A stretch of DNA of 59,672 nt, filler included, from Sphacelaria rigidula (taxonomy: Eukaryota): the NCBI GenBank assembly GCA_964200075.2. It is 8 parts of 8 records of this genome, joined end to end, with 100 filler letters (N's around TTAATTAATTAA, not from the genome) between each part and the next. Parts side by side here need not be neighbours in the genome. Positions count along the whole stretch, not along the records: positions 37,360 to 44,730 come from CAXNAA020015212.1; positions 44,831 to 52,201 come from CAXNAA020015213.1; 6 more parts are not named here. The stretch is one strand, 5' to 3'. This document shows positions 37,850-50,113 of the stretch, piece after piece; positions within the stretch are counted from its first letter, which is position 1, and every line of letters starts with the position of its first letter. Below the pieces are notes generated by a model, which saw only the letters and a list, made by a program, of their open reading frames with translations, ran no database searches and was not told where the DNA came from. The position numbers and the translations under genes are program-made.

Positions 37850-38492
37850 GATTCCATGTCCATGTCTGGGCTGTGTTACAGTAGGTGAAATAAAAAGGAG
37901 GGTTAGCTTCTCTATTCCATGTCTATGTCTGGGCTGTTATATGTTATAGCAGATTGAATGAAAAGGAGGGTTAGCTGCTCTATTCCATGTCTATGTCCGG
38001 GCTGTTTTATAGTAGGTTAAATAAAAAGGAGGGTTAGCTTCTCTATTTCATGTCTATGTCCGGGCTGTGTCATAGTAGGTGAAATAAAATGGAGGGTTAG
38101 CTTCTCTATTTCTTGTCTATGTCCGGGCTGTGTTATGGTCGACTAAATCAAAAGGAGGGCAAGCTTCTCTATTTCCTGTCTATGACCGGGCTGTGCTCAT
38201 AGTAGGTGAAATAAAAAGGAGGGTCAGCTTCTCTATTTCATGTCTATGTCCGGGCTGTGTTATGGTAGGTTGAATAAAAAGGAGGGTTAGCTTCTCTTGT
38301 TCCTGTCTATGTCCTGGCTGTGGTAAACTAGGTTAAATAAAAAGGAGGGTTCGCTTCTCCATTCCCTGTCTATGTCCGGGCTGTGTTATAGTAGGGTAAA
38401 TAAAAAGGGGGGTTAGCTTCTCTATTTCCTGTCTATATCCGGGCTGTGTTATGGTGGGGTACATAAAAAGGGAGGTTAGCTTTTCTATTTCG
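37850..38492. repeat. 63-bp minisatellite, about 10 copies
   Basis: GGAGGGTTAGCTTCTCTATTTC.TGTCTATGTCCGGGCTGTGTTAT.GTAGGT.AAATAAAAA recurring at 37897, 37965, 38028, 38091, 38154, 38218, 38281, 38344, 38407, 38470. Confidence 0.95.
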
Positions 38493-39206
38493 TGACAGTC
38501 TCTACATTTGTCTAGGTTTTGGTGGCTTGTTTTACAGCGCCGTTGCCACTCGACGCCAACCCAAGAGTCTATAGGTGAGGGGGGGACCAAGCCGTCCGTC
38601 CCCTGGTCTACCGTCGAAGCGTTGGCGGATGCGGTCAGCTGCCGTGGACAGAGATCCTTGGCATTCAGATATCTGAGGCCGTCGGGGCAGACGGGGCAGG
38701 GAGCAGAAGCAACTATAGAAACCCCGCAAAGCTCACCAGACTTTTTGGTTTTTGTCGGTGCTAATTAATCAATTTCTTGCAACAAAATTAGCAGAAAACA
38801 TCAAAATAGTCTTGATTGATCAATTTCTTGCAACAAAAGTGAAAACAAAAACAAAAACACGACGATTTTCGAAAGAATACCCTCCGGGGGGAGGGGGACG
38901 GGGGGCTACGTGTCCGAAACCTTCCTCCGCGCTGCACCCTGGCGAAACCCCTTTGTATGCGAAATTATGGAGGCGCATAAGAAACAAAAGCCTAGGTGAA
39001 CCCCTTGTTACTGAAGATCAGTCCCACAAGGGTTAACTCTTTGACCACCAGGGGTCATCGTGTGAGTCACGCAGTAACCTGTCAAGTGAAAATGATGGGT
39101 ACTCAGTGATGCTGCTACGGTAGGGGCGCACAAATATTTTGTGAGCTTAGAAGTGTTAGGAGCCCTTCATCTCTCATCCGAAACACGACTTACGAAATAT
39201 GTGAGA

Positions 39207-39552
39207 GTGTTGCCGTCCCATCTATTCTGGACGCCGGTCTACACCTTTCGGTATATGTGGGCGCACCAGCCAGGGTCACACAGGAGAAAAGTCAACACAG
39301 GAGTTTTTCTCTTTTTTGTTGGTGATTAGTACCCCATCTTGCTTCTGCGGTGCTTGCCTTCATTTTTTGTCGCGAGAGGGGTTCAGCACTCCCTTCCCCT
39401 CGTCGACCGTTGAGTCGAATTTTGTGTGCCCACGACATAATCGCTCTTCACTGTCGGGCATGGTGTGAGAAAAAATCCCAGATCGCTCCGAGGTTTGAAC
39501 CCACGACACAAGCGTCAGAAGGTTTCGAGGTTACCAACTGAGCCACCGGGGC
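39207..39552 (-). mobile_element. tRNA-derived SINE, second full-length copy
   Basis: Collinear with 32268-32612. A-box TGGCTCAGTTGG, B-box GGTTCAAACC. Confidence 0.8.
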
Positions 39553-40049
39553 AAGACAGTACGCCAGGGTTACTATTCCAATTTGCTCGGGACATGTCGA
39601 ATGAATTTGCAAACGGGGATGTTCTGACCCATATTTTTGTGCATCTCGAGTCGTTGGGGGCCCCTGAACCAGACGAGATTTTGCAAAAAACAACTGCACC
39701 CCTACAGTAGTATTGCTCTGACGTCGACTCCACAAATTGACACTTCCGGCGCTGAGTGTCCGTTTGTGGAATCGGCATCATTTGCACTCCACTTTCAAGT
39801 GAGACTGACCTGAAAATAATCATCGCCAATCAATCGCCAGGCACTCCATCTGGAAAACAAATCGTGGGGTGAGAAGCTGGTTGCCAACCCGGGGAACGAT
39901 ACAACACAAGCGAAAAACAGTAGCCAGTCTGTTCGGATCAGAAGACGGGAATCATGGAGCAGCAGAGATCAACTGCAGTTTTGAACCCACACAAACGTCA
40001 GGCATTGATTCGATCACTACCAACTTACACGTCGGCACAGTTAAATAGA

Positions 40050-40272
40050 CACGAAGAAAAACTCCCATGTCAACCTCCCTCCTGCGTGACCCCGGTTGAT
40101 ACGCCCACATGTATGTACCGACAGGAGTAGACTGCACGGGTGGCCACTGGGGTGCCTGTAACTTCAAATTTGGACGTTACAGACCTTGTGCGACGTCTGT
40201 AACGTCCAAAGTTGAGGTTGCAGGTACCCTAGTGGCCACCCGTGTGGCGTCCAGAATAGATGGGATGATGAC
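40050..40272 (+). mobile_element. 3' part of the same SINE in opposite orientation, interrupted by a MITE
   Basis: Reverse complement of the SINE 3' body (gtgaccccgg.tg.t.cgcccacat...gtagac|...|gcgtccagaatagatggga). Confidence 0.65.
40135..40244. mobile_element. 110-bp palindromic MITE, CAC...GTG termini, 2-bp TG target-site duplication
   Basis: Arms of ~50 bp (cacgggtggccact.ggg...tttggacgttacagac / gtctgtaacgtccaaa...ccc.agtggccacccgtg). TG on both flanks, and the empty site is reconstructable from the SINE copy at 39207-39552. Confidence 0.85.
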
Positions 40273-42807
40273 AATCCACACTGAAAATTTGTTTCATCTT
40301 AACATACTTTACCGTGTTTCAATTTTGAAGTAGCCGAGTACGAACCGACTATCGTTTCATTTTGAAACCAAAACGACCTTGATGTATCACCCACTGTCCA
40401 CCAGACATGCTAGAGAGAGAAATTGTTGTTAAGCAGCACGGGGGGGGGGGGGAAGCAAACCCTCGGGATTCTGGTGACACCAGGACACGGGTTGATTTCC
40501 CAACTCTTGTATTTGTATGCAAACTCAATATTTCTCCGCCTGCTACAGAAAGCACGACCGATCTCGTGCATTGCAGGCAGGCAACTGAGACTAGACCTAC
40601 CTGCGAACCAGTTCCGGCCTGAATCACGTGGACTAAGGAGACGTGCGAGAGCTCTCATTTACTAAATCCCACAAAACCGACATCAATCTTTCTTCTACTA
40701 CAGTACAGTACACTACAGTGCCACTACCGTGTGCTAGCCGCAACCGTACCTGTGCCTGATGGGTCCAACCCGATTGTAACTTTCATGGCATGGCGGACCG
40801 GCTCATCATTGTATGGGGCATTTCAACACCGCACAAGACATGTCGGCCACGCTTCTTGCCAGAAGCTACTACTAGAAGTCACACTGGGCGGCACACTGCC
40901 ATGTACGATCTTACCATTATATTTCTGTTCGATACTTCCAATCATTGCGCGTGAAGCCACCGATGTTCGCCTTCGACACAAAAAAATGAACCTGTTCAAT
41001 CAATACCCACGTGATTGGCCCGAAAGAACTGAACGCTCACGGATCCTGCTACAAAACGCTCCCAGAAACTCTGTCAAAAGCTGAGCGCGCTTCAACGCTC
41101 CAATATCCAAAAACAAGCAAGATTGAGAGCGGGTTTCACCCACAGCGACAAGAGCGCAGCAGTGTACGTATATAGCCCTGAACGGTTAGCGTATGGAGCC
41201 CTTCACAGCGCCGCGGGAGAGTCGTCCCTTCTGAATAGGTACAAGTACCCCAGGCGCAGTGGGGGATGCTCCGACTCCGCCACCTGCGGTGTGAGACGAA
41301 TATCATCAACAGAAATGAGGCCTGTCATTTTTCAAGTAGGAGGAGGAGCGACAATTATAGGTATAGACAACTCCACCCCACCGGTGGAACAAGATCAATA
41401 TCTTAGATGCGCCTGCACGCACTAGACAGAAACAGTAGGCAGCAAGGGTCGTTGTACTAGAGTGTCGGTACAGCTGTGTTGCATTGCGACGAAAGCTCGG
41501 CTCTCTTGTTTTCGACGTTGGCGCAGCCCACCTTCGCTGTGTGTTTAGCACTCTGTATTCATCTATCTCGTGTTGCTGGCCACTGCCTGAAACATGCATG
41601 GAAGATGTTCCGAAGAGACCAATACTCCTCAGGACTTGTGCCATTACACGGCATGTTTTGCTGGATGCGAACTGAGTCGCGTCACACTTACTTCCTTCGG
41701 CATCATGTCCCTTCACGGACAATGGAAAGACACTGTAGGGACAAAGCTGCCTTCGAATAAGGCTTCAGCATACTCTCTCTCGACTCTGAGCGTGTACTCG
41801 AGCGGTGTAGAGTAGACCACCCTGCTCATAGCTCATCACATTCGAGCTCTCTGACACACCTACAAGCCACTTGGCGCGTTTGTGGTGACCGCAATCCGGT
41901 GGGTGCTATACAGTTAGGGACCATTCAGCAAACCTTGCGATCGTCGAATATTGCCCATCGGCCATCCTTCCTGATATGCGCCACGTAGTGCCCGCACCCC
42001 GTGTTCTTGCCGACGTGAGAGATGAACCCCACCATGGTGTACCTGGGGATAATAGACATGGGACATGTACACATGGACATGTAGTTGCAGCCCAATGGGA
42101 ACTATGGTTCGAACGAGCGAGCCCGATTCCAAGCGCAACATCTGGGCATTTCCGCTGCGGAAGAGCTTCCGGTTCTTCCAACGCTCACCAAACTGGGGCA
42201 ACCATCACAGCTGTCAGCATAAGGCGCACAAGCGGACCTCGGCGGCGATGCAAGCATCACAGCAGTTTTCTATGCGACAAGAGAGGGATGTGCAACGAGG
42301 GAAGTATTATATAGTTTACTACATTCAATTCACATCACGTATCTTCCACAAATACGATCATAACCTGAACATTACTCAACAACGAACCGTGTTGTGTGTG
42401 GGGGGGGGGGCAGGGGGGGGGTAGACCCCACTCCCACATAAAAATTTGAAAAGACATGTACGGCATGAGAAGAAGCAGCGTGGAGCAAACGAGTGGGCCC
42501 TACTTCATGGCCGGCAGTGACAGCAGACAATTATAAGCCCAGAATCAAATCCGCAGAAAGCGCGACAATGCCGATTCGATATACGATCGGGCACCCGGTG
42601 TAGAGCCACTGGCTTGTGAATGGTTAACTCATCTACTGTCGCACAATAGTACGACATCTCCCACAACAGGCGTGGACACGCGATAGACACCGCCGGCAAA
42701 ACCAGCAGGGAACAGTAGCCGGAGGAATATTGACACTAAGGGAAAAGCAAAGAAGGGGGAACACAGAGTAAGCTGAATAAAACAATCACACACACCCATA
42801 CACAAAC

Positions 42808-42854
42808 GGACCGAACCGAACCGAACCGAACCGAACCGAACCGAACCGAAACGA
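42808..42854. repeat. (CCGAA)n pentanucleotide microsatellite
   Basis: About 8 perfect units. Confidence 0.95.
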
Positions 42855-44830
42855 AGATGAACAGACAGAGAAGAGGAGAATGAAGATATGGCGAGGAAAC
42901 GCGGGGTCAAGATCTAGTAACCCAGTACCCCGGTATGAGAAAAAAGGAAGAAAAAAACGGCGAGACCCAGCCACGAGGACTCAGAAATGAATGCCGGACG
43001 TGAAAAATAATGAAGGCCGTGGTGTTGACATACTGTAGTTATCTGGGGATCGCACACTTTGGGCACGACCTCTCACCCGTCAGGTCCGAAGGAGCGAGAC
43101 AAAAATTCCAAGACGGCTTTGAAGTAAGGGAGGAAAAATAGCGATTGGGCATCAAATTCGAGTAAGGAAAAAGATAGATTCAAGTCGTGGAGGTACAGTT
43201 AGACTTGAAAACGAGCAACACACGCGATTGATTGAAAAAAACGCTCCATTTGTAAAGATAGCATGACATATGTGCATGCTGGATGCTTCATGAAAAAACA
43301 AACACGCAAATTACATCGGGATGGGCTTTGACGTTGTAACGTTTTCGTTTTTTCGTCCTACTTGCGTACCGCCTGCTTCCTCCTTCCACAGAAAAATGCA
43401 CATAGCCGCTGCGGCCCGGTAGTCCGGCGGATACACCGATAGTCAAGTAGGGTGAAACGTGGTGGCTTCGAATTCTGACAGGCACGGGTTTCTTGAGCAA
43501 AACATGTGTCTTCACTCTTTGATGCCGTTACGACGCAAATACAGTAATGGGCAGTCTGACTATTCAGGGGTGTTTCGGGGTTTTCCTCGCGAACAACTCT
43601 TCGATAGAACTCGGAATTGCTGGCGTAGGTGGATTTCGGTACACTAAGCAGATCACCTTCGAAACACAGTGCCCAAGTCAGTGTTAGTTGGTGTCATCGG
43701 GCGATACGAGTAAATGACCCGTTCATCAGGAGGGTGTTATTGACGGTAAAACACAGTTTTTCGTCTATAGTGCAATTGAGTGGGTAAAATTCCATAAAAA
43801 TACGATCGGGACAGGCTCGATCGACAGAGAATACCGAAGAGTAAGAATCTGGGCTTAAACGTGGCAGGACCCTCGAGGACCGGTCATCCTGCAAGCCATT
43901 CAATATCGAGTACAGGTTTTGTTCTTTCCTTGGACTATGGAGCGGATACAAATATATTCGGATCCCCAACGTGATGAGCGGTGACAAGCGGAAAAAGCCC
44001 AAGAAAATCGCCAATTGCGAACAAATCACGAAATGCCACAAAATAAAACGTTAGACCGCCCACCACTGTAGCAAAAACAAAGTGTTCAGAGTCAACGGGG
44101 CGCACGGGTGCTGATCCAATCCTCGATTGAAAAATTGACAGCTTCCTTGTGACCACGGACGCGTCCCGAGGAGGAGGGCGAGCATGGAGCGCGGCGGACG
44201 TACGACAACAAATCTAAGAGAACGAGTCATGCAGCGAAATCACGAGATGGAGAGTAGTGCCGCACAGAGTACCGCCTCGAGCACCACAGGAAAGACATAC
44301 CAGTTCCTTCTCAAGCGCCAGTCTTCAAGCTGGTGAGTTCCAGAAAATCCCTTACGACCAACTGTTGGAAGTGGTGACCATTGGACTGGCTATACGATCC
44401 AGCCCATTGCGTCACCACTACGGGTACGGGTGGTGGATGGACGACCCTGTATCGCACTGAACAAGTAGCCGCAGTGCGCCGTCTGTTTGTGTTCGTATAA
44501 ACACATACGAGTAAGGTCTGTCCACACAACCATCCGCGCAGCAGACAGCAGACAGCAGACTGTTGCCCACCGCATGGCTGAAAGCGAATAGAGGCACAGA
44601 GGAGCGATTGCAAGGCCCGCGTTTCAGTGATGGTAGTGCACGCTAGCAACATGGGTCGGGGGGGGGCGTACTCATTTGTTGCTTGCCTTAGTCATTTGAC
44701 CATTGACCACGCATCCCTTTCGAGACGGAGNNNNNNNNNNNNNNNNNNNNNNNNNNNNNNNNNNNNNNNNNNNNTTAATTAATTAANNNNNNNNNNNNNN
44801 NNNNNNNNNNNNNNNNNNNNNNNNNNNNNN

Positions 44831-44906
44831 CGAAATCCCAGATCGCTCCGAGATTTGAACCCACGACCCAACCGTCAGAAGGTTTCGAGGTTGACAACTG
44901 AACCAC
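44831..44906 (-). mobile_element. tRNA-derived SINE head (third copy, cut by gap)
   Basis: aatcccagatcgctccgagatttgaacccacgacccaaccgtcagaaggtttcgaggtt...actga.ccac. Confidence 0.8.
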
Positions 44907-45307
44907 TAGATACCAAAAATAGGGTATGAAGAAGTGAAAGAAATATAATCGGATCCAGAAATATTCACACAGACGCAATACACAAAAAAAAATATAAACA
45001 AGCGAAAAAAAAAAACTGCTCACCTCTCAAGTTCCGATGTCGAGTGCGATCATTCGGGCTACTGGAGGCAAGGCCCCTTGGGCCACTCAAGACGCGAAGC
45101 CAAACAGGAAGGGAGCCAAACTCAGGGACCAAGATCACTAACCATGATGATAGGAATCGCAGGGTTCTATCCTTGTACCTCTGGAGGGACAGCCATGCGT
45201 ACGAATATACTAGGCATAACAAGAAAAGCGCCACATAGCAACACACCACCTCGGGGGAGGGGTGCCGGGAAGTCAGCAATTAGTAGGGAAAAAGAAGACA
45301 AGGGCAG

Positions 45308-48300
45308 ATGATGGAGAGTCCTGCCACTTCCGCCATGATCAGTTCGGTACAAGATCAGAGGTTCTCCGGGACTGTTTTCTATATAGATGCCCAACAACCC
45401 AGGAGAATTTACCACTTGGGAGGTATGGACATTTCTGACTTGGATTTAGTGTCGACCTCGAAATCCAGATATTTGAGGGGCGCTGTGCTCCTGGCGTGCA
45501 CAGAACGCGTTTTCGTCGAAATCGACGCCGCAGGCGCCGATTTGAGGTCTGGCAACGCGCACTCTGCCGAGGGAACACTTTGCACCCCCGCTGCCCGAGG
45601 GTTCTCGGTATGCCTTTGTGGTGAGGGTTAGGGTTAAGGCTAGAGCTGGAGTTATTTCGAAATCATGAATTTCCGAGAAAGTTCCGTACCTACCAAGTGG
45701 TGAACTAACCTCCAACATCCACATGTTCATAAAAAAAGGCGTTTTGTGTAGTGAGGAGAGAGCTGACCTGAACCCCACATGCGGCATAGTCCATCTCAGT
45801 CCACCTGCGGGGGGAGTCGCTGTCCAAGAGTTGATACCCTCGACCGCTTCTTCACCTTGTTCGGGCCGTCAGGCACGCCATACTCGAAGTGACACCGTGC
45901 CGCCATTTTTGTATTATTGTTCTTTCCCAACTCGTTACACTAAAAATACCACGAGAAAGCGCACAAACATTTTTTTGCAGTCAAACTCGTTGTTGCAGTT
46001 GAGTTATGCCATTTTCAGTGCCGGTATCCTTGAATATCTCTTCATACCCCTCATCTACCTCTAGTATGGATACAGTTGAAATACTGAACACACAAAAATA
46101 GTGTGGAAACACGAGCGTAATCATGGATGTTGAGACTGCAGCGTCATGAAGAGTGCTTTGGTTTGTCGCGGGTTTCCCCTCGATGACGCGTATGTGCTTG
46201 TCTGGTGTGCATTCTGACCGATTGAAGTTGTCGAGATAACGCCGCTCGTCAGTGTTGTTTGTGATTTTGATCGGCCGGCTTACGCGTTGGGTGGGTATTT
46301 GTCGATGTTTGTACGTGCCGTTGTGGATCATCGTGAATGGTTGACACGATTTGTCGTCTTTGAACTCACCGATACATTAAATTTTCCCGCTTTTTTTTTT
46401 CTTTCCCCATGTGCTTTGCAGGCGAGGCTGTGCGCGGAGATGTTGTGGGGAATGATATCGAGGGATTGGGCTGGAGTTGTTTTGGACTTTTTGAGGTGAG
46501 GACACGTTGGGGTGCCATGGAATTTCAGTGTTGCCCACGGAGAGGAATTTATCCCAACCGAACAGCAGCGCGGGTGCAATTTTGTCGCGCTATTGGGCAA
46601 GCCTTCACGCGCAGCCAGCTGATCGTCCCGGTAGCCGACAATTGGCGCAGTCATCATCGCGTAGGCAAAACTTGGCCCGAGTGACTTCCAACAGCGCGAA
46701 ACCATTGCGATATTGTGGTGGTATGTCCATCCGTTCGAGAGACTACGGCCAGTGATTTAACGCGAGAGTGAAATATGATGAACTTACGTCCGGCGTCCGG
46801 TACCGTTGATCCACCACCTACACAAAAGCTCCCACAAAGGACGGCGTGCCGTACAAGTGTGCACAGTCGAGTGTGTGCATTGATTGAGTATCTTACCAAG
46901 AAGAGAAGTCGAATATCGTTGCGTATTTTGTAACCCATTACCCGCGTATTTTCCTCGCTACGTATCACGGCTTATCGTTTGGGTCTCGTCAAAGTTTTCT
47001 TTCCCTCATCCTTTCCCGTTTGTGTCGGCGGCGGCTGATCCAGGAGCCAGGCAGCGCTGCCAGAGAGAGACAAAGCGACGGCAGCCGATAGGACCCCAGT
47101 CGATAGGGCCCAAGTTGCTGCGGAGCAAAATGACGTCGCTGGCATGGACGTGGACTCGGAGACGGCACAGCCTCCACCGGTAGTAGCAGCCGAGCACAAG
47201 GAGAAGGGTGTGGAAGCACTGGCTTCAACCATGGTAGAATCGCCGGCTGAGGTACGTGTTTTGCACGGAGCCCAACGGTGCGATGTATTTTTCGGGGACA
47301 AAGTGCTTGAAGACAACAGATCACTACACACTGTCCCATGAAGCCTGTACGCTGTCAACAGTGGTTTTGTTGAAACTTGATTTCACGACAAGCATCGGCA
47401 CTCGAGATGAGCACTTTGTGGAATTGAAGGCAAATGTATAACGTGTCGCGGGAAGCGCCCAGCACACGCTTCCGCGCCCCCAACAGGAAAGTGTGGATAC
47501 TACGGTAACATGTAGAAGAAGAGATGAGGAAACTTTGTGCTTTTCGGGTTCGAATCCCGGAAAGATCGCAGTGATAAACAACTAGGTCATCCGCACCAGC
47601 AGCGATAAGATTGAGCGGGAAAAACGGAAGTCGCAAAAAGGGTGGGGAATGGGACATACGTTCTGCGGATATTGTTGCGCTGACCACCCAACACACACAC
47701 ACAAAAATGATACAAAAGAGGCGCAGACATATCCCCTCCTCTAGCCGGCGTACGAAGAGACTCATACCAAATAGTGTGATGCACATCCTATCCCTACCGT
47801 GGTAAAACCACCACAAGTGTTTATTGAGGACATATGTTTTTGCAATGAGGAGTACCGTGGGTGGCGGATTGGTTTCAAGTATTGCTGCATTTCAACCGGC
47901 CTCCTCAAGGAGAAACGGTGACGTCGGGATAGGTCGGAGCAGCTCCTTTAGTACAGAATACCAATCGACTTGACAAGCGCATTGCTTGACGGCGACGATT
48001 TCGTGAGAGAACAGACAGGATCACTGAGAGTCTGTTCAAACCCGTATCTCAGATACTCGTTCGTTGCGTCACGTGGTTACGATACAGTAGTCCGCACTCC
48101 TTCGTAAATTCGTGCCCTCTTTGGTGTTGTGCTGCACCAAGTAGACCAAGTCACTGCGGAGTCACGCTGCTCAACCTGCACGGATGTACTGAGTGTACCT
48201 ACAGCATGCCCATCAAATCAGGGAGCCGCGCCATCTGTCCGCGAAAGCGTTGCAATAGAGAAGACGCATTGCGGTGTAAGCAATCGGGCGCGGGCACGTG

Positions 48301-50113
48301 CTCAAAATAAGCACTACAGCCAAGCGGACCCTAGATTCAAACAGCTGCCACAGTGCTCGACACGAACGATGTTCACTCGTGCCCTTATCACGCCCAAATT
48401 AGTATTATTTTATCACGCGTCTCCCAGCTATTTTCTCTACATTGCCCTTGTTCCTTCCATTTATATGCTGGTTTCTTCGTGACCCGCTGGTGTCAAACAT
48501 GCAGCGAACATGAAGGAAGCGAAGTAACATGTTGCAGCTTCATATCTTCCGTGGCAATTGGTAGACGCACAGTTTGTCACATAGGAAGCGCTGCGCACCC
48601 CTCTCAGCTAGCCCGCGTCGTAAATTTCGTCTAGCTCACGCCCATCCCGCGGATTTGATTATGTGTTCCCATCCTAATTTTTCGAAGATACGGGCGGCTT
48701 TCGGACTCTTTGACCAGGAGGGGATGGGTTGGGTGGCGGGAGATCAGCTAGAGACTGTCCTGCTGGAGGCCGGGTTCAGGTGACTCTTTCCATCGATAGC
48801 TTCGTTGCAGCCCGCCCCCCTTCATCAGGACAACGTGTTTTTGCCGCGCCTCCCTCCAAGGTTTAGCTTGTCTTTGACAGGCCACGTTTAATAACTTCTT
48901 TTCACGCACAAATTTCATTCAAGATACCAACTCAGCACGTACTGCGCATTACTGAGATAACATCATGACAGGCTCATGGTCGTGGTCCACTCCGTGTCGC
49001 TGCTGCCCGGTGTCGTTTGTCAGCCCCAAAAGCTGTCTCGCGACATGACAATAGTCAACACCTGACGAGCCTGGAGTAGTCTAAAACCGACCGCAGTAGG
49101 TGTACATTCAGTGGAAAATGATGACATTATGAAGGATATCGATAGTGGGACCGCGACAGAGGTTGTTGCGTTTCGTTTGACGTATGCTTCGGGGCGGGGT
49201 GAAGATTATACACTGAACAGCTCCGGGCGATGAAAATGTTGAGGGATGAAAACTGATGTTGGGTAAGAGCTTGTTGTCTATTTCTCGTGCAAGCGATGCA
49301 AAATGTCGCTTTCGTGTCCCGATTACCATCAGTGGGCAGTAGTATGTCGCAACCTGTTTCGGTGCACTGCAGTTGCTGATGTTGTGATGCAGGCGGCTCA
49401 CTTCTGAGCAAGGAAATTTCACGTCACGAACCCATCACATAGATCTGTGAACCACCCCCAAGATTTGGGAGAGACACTAGTTTTCACTGGGGACGCTTTC
49501 ATCTGTTTACTTTGTCTCACCCACGGTCCACTCCCCGACCAAACAAATCTACCCCTTCGCTCAACGTTTTCGCAGGATATCGGCAAGGTATCTGAAGTCA
49601 CTCCTGCGTAGCGTGTGCAGCGTAGCTGAGGCTGGTAAGAAGTGGCTCTTCGAGTACACCCGTCGCCTCACGTTACCGTCGGATAGGGAAGATCAAACAG
49701 AGCAGGAGACGGAGACAACGGCGGGGATAGGAAACGAGAGCGAAGCTCACGGCTCCAGTCTTGTAACAACCTCGTCGGATTGCACCGCTGCCCTTCTGCC
49801 CCAGGATGATGGTATCAGCAACGCTGTACCACACTCAGCCTCGGCGAGCGCCGATGATGATGTGATAGCAGCGTTAGATGCCAGGACAGGTACAGGCAGT
49901 TCCGGTTCGATGGACGCTCCAGAACGGGCACATGACGCGTCGTCTACGGCGCCGGTACCTATGGAAGTCGCGAGTACCGATACTTGTGTAGATATTGCGG
50001 CGCAAGGTCAGCCAGAGACGCCTATGGAAGTCGCGAGTACCGATACTCGTGTAGATATTACGGCGCAAAGTCAGCCAGAGACGGGCTCTGGCAGGGTAGA
50101 CCTCAAAGCTTGA
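45308..50113 (+). CDS. Multi-exon gene, divergent CCAR1/DBC1-family-like protein with EF-hand-like C-terminal region. Exons ~45308(or 45343)-45607, 46422-46495, 47044-47251, 48688-48779, 49576-50113; a possible upstream exon lies near 44184-44423
   Basis: All four introns are GT-AG with consistent phases (0,2,0,2). The spliced protein contains GFS|ARLCAEMLWGMISRDWAGVVLDFLR and IRAAFGLFDQEGMGWVAGDQLETVLLEAGFR|ISARYLKSLLRSV...FEYTRRLT. These resemble, from memory, the CCAR1 motifs SFEVSLFAELFNEMLQRDFG and AFVYFDQ..GY....LE..L..LG..LS...VKKLL..V....YRKLT. The 5' end is uncertain. Confidence 0.7.
49958..50083 (+). repeat. In-frame 63-bp tandem duplication (PMEVASTDTxVDIxAQxQPET x2) in the terminal exon
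   Basis: cctatggaagtcgcgagtaccgatact.gtgtagatatt.cggcgcaa.gtcagccagagacg occurs twice. Confidence 0.9.

Noticed and set aside
41300-44050. Possible minus-strand gene divergent from the CCAR1-like gene
   Set aside because: Several 60-140-aa ORFs, but no phase-consistent exon chain or recognisable domain could be built.
37850-50083. Repeat periods of 42, 63 and 63 bp all being multiples of 21
   Set aside because: The sequences are unrelated and the sample is tiny; treated as coincidence.
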